Source of the DNA: Candidatus Pacebacteria bacterium RIFOXYA1_FULL_38_18
GTDB taxonomy: Bacteria > Patescibacteriota > Microgenomatia > UBA1400 > PJMF01
Assembly: GCA_001787405.1 (NCBI GenBank)
Contig: MFWV01000009.1
Location: 26,278-90,277 of the forward strand
Length of the DNA: 64,000 bases
Direction of reading: 5' to 3'
Shown here one piece after another: positions 39,306 to 46,658 of the stretch. The notes below the pieces were generated by a model that was not told the origin of the DNA, did no database searches, and worked only from the letters and a program-made list of their open reading frames with translations. The position numbers and the translations under genes are program-made. How positions within the stretch are numbered: the first letter of the stretch is position 1; every line of letters starts with the position of its first letter.

Positions 39306-40852
39306 AAAAAATCTTTAAGCCAATTACTTTATTTTTCTTGGGTTGTTTGGTAGTTTATTTGGCTACTCATCTGCCTGCTTTGACTAAACTACCAGTTTTT
39401 GCTGATGAAGCAATCTATCTTCGTTGGGCCCAACTTATTCTGGACGACTGGCGACAATACTTATTTTTCCCTCTCAATGACGGCAAAACGCCGTTATTTA
39501 TCTGGCTAGCAGTGGGATCGCTCAAAATATTTACCGATCCATTATTGGCTGGTCGAATGATTTCTTTAATTGCCGGTCTGGTTCAGGTTTGGGTGACAGT
39601 TTCGATAGTTAAAAAACTGGGAGGCCAAAAAATCGCTGTTGTTTTTGCAACTTTGACAGTGATTTGGTTACCTTTTTGGTTTTTTCATCATCGAATGGCT
39701 TTGATGGACGGCCTGTTAGTTCTTTGGCTTTCTCTTTCAATCAATAGTTTGCTATCTGCTAGTTTGAAAAAATCCAAGCGTTGGCAAGCACTACTGGGAG
39801 CAGGTTTGTTTTTTGGCTTGTCATTATTGACCAAGTTATCAGCTCTATTATTTATTCCGATTCTTTTACTTGTACCTTGGTTGGTTAAAACTAAAAAAAT
39901 CAATCATGCTCACACTCTCAGTTGGAGTGTTGGCACGCTATTAATTGGTTTGTTAGTTTTTCTCAGTCTCAAGTTGCAACCTGCCTTTGGCCAGTTATTT
40001 AATCGTGGCAACGATTTTCTTTATCCATTAAATGAAGTTTTGGCTCTGAAAGTTTGGCCGGTTGTTTTTGCCAATAGCCGTCATGTTTGGCAAGTACTGA
40101 ATGCTTATCTAACTTGGCCAATCCTGATTTTACCTATCTTGGGTCTTTGGCAAACAAAGTGGCAGAGAAAGCATTTTATTTTATTATTGACTGCTTTGGG
40201 CTTCTTGGGGCCAATCATTTTATTGAGCAAAGTGCTCTATCCTCGTTATTTATTACCAGCTGCCCTACCCATAACAATCTCAGCTTCATTGGCTTTTGAA
40301 CAGTTTTTTTTGAGTACCAAAAAAGCAATAAAAAAACCCTTCATTTTTTTCATTAAAGTTAGTTTCTTAATCTTTGGCATTACTTTTGTCAGCACTAAAG
40401 CTCTAGAATTTACCCTCATTTCCTGGCAAGACCCCAACCATCTGCCCTTCACTGATCTGGATAGATCTCAATATTTACAAGCTTGGTCTGCTGGAAATGG
40501 TATCAAAGAAACAACCGATTATTTATTATTAACCGCTCAAGAACACACCGTCGCTGTCGCCACCGAAGGCTATTTTGGTACTTTGCCCGATGGAGTCTTG
40601 ATGTATTTGCATAATCAAGATGTGACCAATATTTTGGTTGAGGGCATTGGTCAGCCGATTCACGAAATTCCCGATGATTTTGCTAAAAAGGCTCAATATT
40701 TTGAACAAGTTTGGTTAGTAGTAAATTCTCACCGACAAATGATGCATTTAACTCCCGATCAACCGAATGTTGCTTTGATTAAAAAATATTGTCGAGTAAA
40801 TCATGCTCCTTGTCTGGAAATCTGGGACATTACTCAGCTAGTTCATCAGTAA
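39302..40852 (+). CDS. GT-C family membrane glycosyltransferase, ArnT-like
   Basis: LPVFADEAIYLRWAQLIL (DE motif as in ArnT DETRY), polytopic, with a C-terminal soluble domain. Confidence 0.8.
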   Translation: MKKIFKPITLFFLGCLVVYLATHLPALTKLPVFADEAIYLRWAQLILDDWRQYLFFPLNDGKTPLFIWLAVGSLKIFTDPLLAGRMISLIAGLVQVWVTVSIVKKLGGQKIAVVFATLTVIWLPFWFFHHRMALMDGLLVLWLSLSINSLLSASLKKSKRWQALLGAGLFFGLSLLTKLSALLFIPILLLVPWLVKTKKINHAHTLSWSVGTLLIGLLVFLSLKLQPAFGQLFNRGNDFLYPLNEVLALKVWPVVFANSRHVWQVLNAYLTWPILILPILGLWQTKWQRKHFILLLTALGFLGPIILLSKVLYPRYLLPAALPITISASLAFEQFFLSTKKAIKKPFIFFIKVSFLIFGITFVSTKALEFTLISWQDPNHLPFTDLDRSQYLQAWSAGNGIKETTDYLLLTAQEHTVAVATEGYFGTLPDGVLMYLHNQDVTNILVEGIGQPIHEIPDDFAKKAQYFEQVWLVVNSHRQMMHLTPDQPNVALIKKYCRVNHAPCLEIWDITQLVHQ

Positions 40853-40921
40853 AACCACCCCAACTTACTTCACTTGCAAAATTTTAAGGATTTTTTAATC
40901 TAAAAAGTGTAAGTTTCTATC

Positions 40922-41581
40922 ATGTCAAAAAAACTAGCACTTTTTTCGACTGCCCCTGTGATCCGTCACAGCTTTTCCACCCCAATTACCAATATTCTGC
41001 TCAATACTCAAATCGCTGTTCAAGCTCTACCTGTTGAGGCTAGAGCCTTATCCGACATTTATTTGCAACGCGTTTTGCTCAATGCAAATTATTTAAGCTC
41101 AGCGCTGCAAACTGCGACTTCAACTCATTCATGGTTTTCTCCCAAACAGGCTTTAAAAGAACTGCTCACGCTCAATGATGACACTAAATTAAAACAACAT
41201 TTAATCAGTCGCTTACCAGTAACTGATAATTTTAAATTATCGGGTAATAAACTTTTTTTCCAAGAAATGGTGGCTTGTTTATTAAACAATGCCTATGAAA
41301 GCTATGCTCCAGAAAAAATTAACAAACCAATTTTTTTAAGTTTTAGCTTGAAAAATAAAGTCGGCGTGCTATCTGTTGCTGACGGTGGACAGGGAATGAA
41401 TTGGTTAAAACAAAAAATGAGTATCAATCAATTTTATTCCAGCAAACAAAATCATTCTGGTTTGGGTCTCTACTTTGTCAAGAAAACTTTGGAGCAAGAT
41501 TTTGGCGGTAAATTTTTATTAAGTTCTAGACCACAAAAAGGCACCGTCATTACTCTAAGTTTTCCTCCGCACAGCGGTTAA
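40922..41581 (+). CDS. Sensor-less histidine kinase core (DHp + HATPase_c only)
   Basis: H-box-like VIRHSFSTPITNIL near residue 16, N-box LLNNAYESYA, G1 DGGQGMNW and G2 HSGLGLYFVKK. No TM or sensor domain. 219 aa. Confidence 0.75.
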   Translation: MSKKLALFSTAPVIRHSFSTPITNILLNTQIAVQALPVEARALSDIYLQRVLLNANYLSSALQTATSTHSWFSPKQALKELLTLNDDTKLKQHLISRLPVTDNFKLSGNKLFFQEMVACLLNNAYESYAPEKINKPIFLSFSLKNKVGVLSVADGGQGMNWLKQKMSINQFYSSKQNHSGLGLYFVKKTLEQDFGGKFLLSSRPQKGTVITLSFPPHSG

Positions 41582-42244
41582 GCAATAACCAAAACCACGA
41601 TGAGTCTGCAACATAAAACTATACTCTCCCAATTTTTGACGCAAGCGACGAATATAAACGTCCACGGTACTGGCATTTGGTTCATAATTTGCTGGCCATA
41701 AAGTTCGAGTGAGCTGATGACGAGAAATAACTGCACCAGAAGCTTGTGCCAAACAATTCAGAACTTCGGTTTCGCGGCGGCGCAGTTGGGTTTTATAATC
41801 CGGGGTTTCTATCACACCCTGATTGGGATAAAAAACCAACTCTCCTATCAGCAAGCGCCGCCCTTCCTGATCAGTCACTCGTTGCATAGCCAAAAGATTG
41901 CGCACTCGCAATCTCAACTCCGCCAAAGAAAAGGGTTTTGCCAAATAATCATCGCCTGCCGTCTCCAAACCTTGGATCCTATCTTTAATCTCACCTTTTT
42001 TGCTCAAAAACAAAATCTTGACTTTGGGTAAAATGTCTTTGGCGTACTCTCCAGCCAATAAAGCATCCTCTTTATTAATCAAGCGATCCATGACGCATAA
42101 ATCAAAATGATGGTTCTCTATCTGCTGATAAAAATCCTGCAGAGTATTGACTGCCCGCACATTAACTTGTTTATTCTCTAAGGCTATTTTTAAAGTTTGA
42201 GCTAAATTTAAATCATCTTCCAAAATTAAAATTTTTTTCATCAC
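41555..42244 (-). CDS. OmpR/PhoB-family response regulator
   Basis: Receiver domain: KILILEDD, phospho-acceptor CVMDRL and conserved K in DDYLAKPF. C-terminal winged helix: ETEVLNCL...VDVYIRRLRQKL. Confidence 0.85.
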   Translation of the reverse strand: MMKKILILEDDLNLAQTLKIALENKQVNVRAVNTLQDFYQQIENHHFDLCVMDRLINKEDALLAGEYAKDILPKVKILFLSKKGEIKDRIQGLETAGDDYLAKPFSLAELRLRVRNLLAMQRVTDQEGRRLLIGELVFYPNQGVIETPDYKTQLRRRETEVLNCLAQASGAVISRHQLTRTLWPANYEPNASTVDVYIRRLRQKLGEYSFMLQTHRGFGYCLTAVRRKT

Positions 42245-42309
42245 AACTCCTCTGGTATACTATTAATCTAGCTAGCTTAACAAACTAAGCTTAAAAAATC
42301 CTTAAAAAA

Positions 42310-42383
42310 TCCCGGGTGGTGAAATGGCATCACTACAGGCTCTGAACTTGTCATTCTAGGTTCGAATCCTAGCCCGGGATCCA
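42310..42383 (+). tRNA. tRNA-Gln (anticodon CTG)
   Basis: Manual cloverleaf: 7-bp acceptor stem (TCCCGGG/CCCGGGA with a U1:A72 pair as in bacterial tRNA-Gln), D-stem GTGA/TCAC, anticodon stem ACAGG/CTTGT with loop CTCTGAA, T-arm CTAGG-TTCGAAT-CCTAG, and an encoded CCA. Confidence 0.85.
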
Positions 42384-42404
42384 CCCAAAACATATCCTAT
42401 AATA

Positions 42405-42433
42405 TTGACATTTGATATATTTTGTGCTAGTAT
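42405..42433 (+). promoter_or_regulatory. Near-consensus sigma70 promoter TTGACA-N17-TAGTAT
   Basis: Read directly, 20 nt downstream of tRNA-Gln. It heads about 400 nt of non-coding, structured sequence before the ATG at 42827. Confidence 0.45.
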
Positions 42434-42826
42434 ATGTAGCATCCTACAAGAGTAATCTTCTAGGATTTTTTATAAGAAAAATATGACTAAAGAGGAGCGA
42501 GGCCTACTTTAAGATAACTTTAAAAACTCCTTTTTTGTTGGTAGAAACCTGGTTGGAAATAAAATCTTTTCTCCTGAGTTTTTCAGGATAGTTTCTAACT
42601 AGATTTCTGCTATTAAGCTGTAGGTTGTTGATAGCAGGTTTTGAGTAAAACAAGGTTAGAAACAGCTTCTAACAAATTGTTTTTCAAGAAAAAAAACCTA
42701 CATCTGCACTTTAATAATTTGCGAAAAACAAAACCCTCCGACCTGAATGGGTAGCTTTTTGGACATTAATCGATAGTGTTCAGCAAGCTATCCATTCGGG
42801 ATAGTAAACCTACAAAGGAGAGAAAA

Positions 42827-43333
42827 ATGTTCAGCAAGAAACCCAAATGGGTAAGAGCCCTTGCATGGTGTATAACCCTGCAAGTAATTTTTGCATGGGC
42901 AATCATCACTCGGGAAATGATCCGAGACCACACCTATTCCGGAAAGGAAGAGGTTGTGGTTAAAATTTACAGAGGTTACAACATCGATATTTATGTTGAA
43001 ACCCCTGTTGCCATTGAGGCAACAAGCCTCGATTTTTTCCTGCTCGAGAGGGGCGGGGAATATCTATATGGCATACCTTATTCTCCTCTAGAATTTGGGG
43101 AGCATAAGTATTTTTCTCTCACTGGAGAAATCTCTAGTGGAGAATGGGAGGTTTCAGGGGATGAAGAAATAAGCCTGAGACTTGTCAGCGAAGAAGAAGA
43201 AAATGAAAAAGGGATAGAGGTAAGAATCTATCCCCGGGAACCAGTAATCTTCTCCATTATCTTCTTCAATGCCCTGTTTTCTCTCGCAGTTTGGGCATTA
43301 ATGATGGCACCTATCTGGATATTTTTTAATTAA
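42827..43333 (+). CDS. Hypothetical two-TM membrane protein with acidic central domain; compositionally atypical
   Basis: The start is chosen at the ATG preceded by AAAGGAGAGAAAA, a strong Shine-Dalgarno; the ORF track start is GTG 42776. It has N- and C-terminal TMs. Local GC content and codon usage (CTC, CGG, GGG, AGG) differ from neighbouring genes. Confidence 0.55.
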   Translation: MFSKKPKWVRALAWCITLQVIFAWAIITREMIRDHTYSGKEEVVVKIYRGYNIDIYVETPVAIEATSLDFFLLERGGEYLYGIPYSPLEFGEHKYFSLTGEISSGEWEVSGDEEISLRLVSEEEENEKGIEVRIYPREPVIFSIIFFNALFSLAVWALMMAPIWIFFN

Positions 43334-43340
43334 GTGCAGA

Positions 43341-43456
43341 AAAAGCCTGAAGTAGAGAAAAAAGATAGAAAAGGAGTGTGTTGCGATAAGCAATACACAC
43401 GTGTGATTACAACACACTTTCCTTTCTATCTTTATCTCGTAAATCTTCAGGCTTTT
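43341..43456. repeat. 116-nt imperfect palindrome (giant hairpin) with perfect CACACGTGTG centre; putative bidirectional terminator or MITE-like element
   Basis: Outer arms AAAAGCCTGAAG / CTTCAGGCTTTT are perfect. Inner arms GATAGAAAAGGAGTGTGTTG / CAACACACTTTCCTTTCTATC are near-perfect. The flanks are T-rich on both strands. Confidence 0.6.
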
Positions 43457-43550
43457 CTTTATTTAAAACCTAAATTGAAAAAATTATTTATAGGCAAAAA
43501 ACCAGTTTTACCATTACACCCTTGTCAGAAAGATATGATAAAGTACTCTC

Positions 43551-44420
43551 ATGCCAGATAAATTCAATGCTACCTGGGTTTCTTATAGCTCTATTAGTGA
43601 TTGGCAAAAATGTCCCAGAGCTTACTTTTTGAAAAACATTTACCGCAATCCTAATACCGGCAATAGAGTTCAGCTGGCCGCCCCTTCCCTCTCTCTGGGT
43701 CAAGCAGTACATGAAGTGATTGAAAGTTTGTCGATTCTACCCGTTGATAAACGTTTTACGGAATCATTGTTAAAAAAATATGAACAAATCTGGAAAAAGG
43801 TTAGTGGAAAAATCGGCGGATTTCTTGATGAGCAAACCGAACTGAACTTTAAACAACGTGGCGAAGTGATGTTGCAAAAAGTGATGAAAAATCCAGGACC
43901 AGTAGGTGAATTAGCTATCAAAATTAAAGAAAACTTACCTCAATACTGGCTTTCTGAAGAAGATGAGATTATTTTATGTGGCAAAGTCGATTGGCTAAAA
44001 TATTCTCCAGAAACAGATAAAGTTGAGATTTTAGATTTCAAAACTAGTACCAAAAAAGAGCGTCCTGACTCACTGCAGTTACCTATTTATTTATTACTCG
44101 TCACCAATACCCAATCAAGAACAGTAACCGGAATGAGTTATTGGTACTTAGGGTTTTCGGATCAACCAGAATCAGTAGATCTTCCAGATTTGAAAGAATC
44201 GCACAACACCATTCTAAAAATTGCAAAAGAAATCAAGCTCGCCCGCAAATTAGAGCGTTTCCGCTGTCCCAATGGAGAGGCAGGTTGTCCTATTTGCAAA
44301 CCCTTTGAAAAAATCGTAACCCAAGAAGCTGAGTTTGTCGGCACCAATCCAATTTATAAACAAGATATTTTTATTCTGCCCGATCTTCAAGAAAAGCAAG
44401 CAGACAGTTATATTCTTTAA
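43551..44420 (+). CDS. Cas4-like PD-(D/E)xK nuclease with 4Fe-4S cluster cysteines (RecB/AddB nuclease-domain family)
   Basis: N-terminal Cys in DWQKCPRAYFLK; motif II/III VDWLKY...VEILDFKTS (DxK-T); QLPIYLLL (QxxxY); C-terminal RCPNGEAGCPICKPF (C-x6-C-x2-C). No CRISPR array or other cas genes are present in the window. Confidence 0.7.
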   Translation: MPDKFNATWVSYSSISDWQKCPRAYFLKNIYRNPNTGNRVQLAAPSLSLGQAVHEVIESLSILPVDKRFTESLLKKYEQIWKKVSGKIGGFLDEQTELNFKQRGEVMLQKVMKNPGPVGELAIKIKENLPQYWLSEEDEIILCGKVDWLKYSPETDKVEILDFKTSTKKERPDSLQLPIYLLLVTNTQSRTVTGMSYWYLGFSDQPESVDLPDLKESHNTILKIAKEIKLARKLERFRCPNGEAGCPICKPFEKIVTQEAEFVGTNPIYKQDIFILPDLQEKQADSYIL

Positions 44421-44422
44421 TT

Positions 44423-45697
44423 ATGTTTAAAAATTTTGATCAAAGATTGGGAATTGTCTTTGCCATTCAGATTACGGAAGTATTGGGTTTTTCTTTAATT
44501 TTGCCGTTTTTGCCATTTTACGCCTTGGAGTACGGCGCCTCTCCTTTTACGGTGGGAATGATTCTGACTGTCTTTTCTTTATTTCAGTTTATTTCATCTC
44601 CTATTATGGGTTCATTGAGTGATGGTTATGGAAGAAGACCACTACTACTACTTTCACAATTTTCTACTTTTATTAGTTTTCTAGTTTTGGGTTTTGCCAA
44701 TAGTTTGTGGCTGATTTTTCTTTCCAGAATTATTGATGGTTTGCTGGGTAGTAATTTTACGATTGCTCAAGCTTATATTAGTGATATTACTTCCAAAAAA
44801 AATCGCAGTAAAGCTTTTGGTCTTTCCAGTGCAGCTTTTGGTTTTGGATTTTTAATTGGTCCGGCAATCGGCGGTTATTTATCTCGTTTTGGTTACTCAG
44901 TACCGGCTTTTCTCGCAGCAGGCATTTCCTTACTCAGCATCTTATTAACTTATTTTTATCTACCAGAAACTATCAAAAACAAAAAGGATCGTCGTAATTT
45001 TTCTTTTTCAGAAATAAAGATTATTGATCTTTCTCGTTTCAAAAAATACTTTAACAAACCTCAGGTTAGTTTTGTTTTATGGCAGTTTTTTCTTTTTTCT
45101 TTGGCTCACATAGTCTGGACAAGTAGTTTTGCGGTTTATGGAAACCTAAAATTTGGTCTTACAGCAGAAACCGTTGGCTTTCTCCTAGCTTACATTGGTT
45201 TATTGAGCGTCATTTTGCGCTCTCTAGTGATCCCCAAGTTAATTGATTATTTCAAGGAGCGCAGTTTAACTATTTTAGGTATGAGCGTTATCATTTTAGG
45301 GTTGCTTTTGGCTCCTTTTTTCCATACTCTCTCCCCATTTTTTATAGTAATCACGCTCTTTGCTTTTGGTACCGGCATTTCTAGACCATTACTGATGGGA
45401 GCTATTTCCCGTTCTGCACCAGATAATGAGCAGGGTGCGGTAATGGGAGTGGCCAATTCTTTGAGTAGCCTGACTCAAATCATCGGACCTGTTTGGGGAG
45501 GACTTTTGCTCTCCCTTCTCTTTCCTGACAGTGTTTTATTGACTGGAGCTGGCATTATGACAATCGGACTAATTTTAGTTTTGAAACAACCTATTGAGAA
45601 GATTCCCAACCCACGTGAGACACTGCCAAAAAAAATGAGGCTAGAGCCAATAAACTTAGAAACAAACTCAAAAAAACAATCAATTTCCAAAAACTAA
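44423..45697 (+). CDS. MFS transporter (drug/H+ antiporter-like)
   Basis: GMILTVFSLFQFISSPIMGSLSDGYGRRPLLLLSQ (MFS motif A G-x-L-x-D-x-x-G-R-R) and 12 TM segments. Confidence 0.85.
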   Translation: MFKNFDQRLGIVFAIQITEVLGFSLILPFLPFYALEYGASPFTVGMILTVFSLFQFISSPIMGSLSDGYGRRPLLLLSQFSTFISFLVLGFANSLWLIFLSRIIDGLLGSNFTIAQAYISDITSKKNRSKAFGLSSAAFGFGFLIGPAIGGYLSRFGYSVPAFLAAGISLLSILLTYFYLPETIKNKKDRRNFSFSEIKIIDLSRFKKYFNKPQVSFVLWQFFLFSLAHIVWTSSFAVYGNLKFGLTAETVGFLLAYIGLLSVILRSLVIPKLIDYFKERSLTILGMSVIILGLLLAPFFHTLSPFFIVITLFAFGTGISRPLLMGAISRSAPDNEQGAVMGVANSLSSLTQIIGPVWGGLLLSLLFPDSVLLTGAGIMTIGLILVLKQPIEKIPNPRETLPKKMRLEPINLETNSKKQSISKN

Positions 45698-45744
45698 ACT
45701 GTGGCGAAACCATGAATTTATCATGCGCTTTTTATTTATTACAG

Positions 45745-46584
45745 TCAAGTAAGCCAAGTTTTTTTAGTTTTTAAAGTAGCAATAGCAAAACGATTTTTTC
45801 CAAATTGATCAAGTTTTACTTTAATCTCAAAATCTGGGCTGATTTGTTCCAAAACGGATTGCGTATGAGTGTCATCTACTTCTAGATAAATTTTACCGGT
45901 TTTTTTTAAATAATGTTTGGCAAGGTGCAGTAATTGAGTGATTAATCTCAATCCAGTCTCTCCACCATCAAGAGCTTTGAGTGGTTCAAAGTCTTTAACC
46001 GATGAATCAAGCTGATTTAAACGAGTTGTTGGAACGTAAGGTAGATTGGCAATGATGTAATCAAAGTTATTTACTCGATCAATTTCTGCCAGCAAATCTG
46101 TTTGCTTGAAACTGAGCTGACCATGATTCAATTGATTGTCAAAAAGATTTTGGAAGTTGAGTTTGGCAACTTCTAGAGCAGAGTGGCTCAGATCCGTTAG
46201 AGTTAACTGAAAAGCCAATTGCTGTTGTTCCAATAAGCTTGCCAAACTCAAACCAATCACGCCACTACCAGTCCCTATCTCAATTAATTGCAAGGGTTCG
46301 AGTTGATGAGATTGTTTGGCTAAATCAGCTTGATTAACTTGGTCAGCGCGATTAGATAAGTCTTGCCAAATCAGTTCTACCAACTCTTCGGTTTCTACTC
46401 TGGGAATCAAGACTGCAGGACTAACAGAGAATTCTTTCCCCAAAAACTCAACCTTACCAGTAATGTATTCCACGGGCATTTCTCCATAACGATCAATTTC
46501 TGTGGGAGAGATACCAGCGCGCAATAAATGATTTTTTTCGTAAGAACTTAAATCTCGACTATTTTGATGTTGATTGATAATCAC
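45745..46584 (-). CDS. HemK/PrmC-family class I SAM-dependent methyltransferase (release-factor glutamine N5-MTase-like)
   Basis: IEIGTGSGVIGLSLA (motif I) and IIANLPYVP (an NPPY-like D/N-P-P-Y variant). Confidence 0.6.
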   Translation of the reverse strand: MIINQHQNSRDLSSYEKNHLLRAGISPTEIDRYGEMPVEYITGKVEFLGKEFSVSPAVLIPRVETEELVELIWQDLSNRADQVNQADLAKQSHQLEPLQLIEIGTGSGVIGLSLASLLEQQQLAFQLTLTDLSHSALEVAKLNFQNLFDNQLNHGQLSFKQTDLLAEIDRVNNFDYIIANLPYVPTTRLNQLDSSVKDFEPLKALDGGETGLRLITQLLHLAKHYLKKTGKIYLEVDDTHTQSVLEQISPDFEIKVKLDQFGKNRFAIATLKTKKTWLT

Positions 46585-46658
46585 AACTTGTATTTTACGA
46601 CAAATTAGTTAAACTGGCGTTTACCAATTACAACCTAAAAAGTGGAAGGATACTTGAA

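Noticed and set aside
43334-43561. 75-aa ORF on the + strand
   Set aside because: It lies entirely across the 116-nt palindrome and its flanks. The amino-acid sequence is low-complexity and there is no RBS. It is far more likely a structural DNA/RNA element than a gene.
43551-44420. A CRISPR-Cas locus, prompted by the Cas4-like gene
   Set aside because: There is no repeat-spacer array and no cas1, cas2 or effector genes anywhere in the window, so it is treated as a stand-alone PD-(D/E)xK nuclease.
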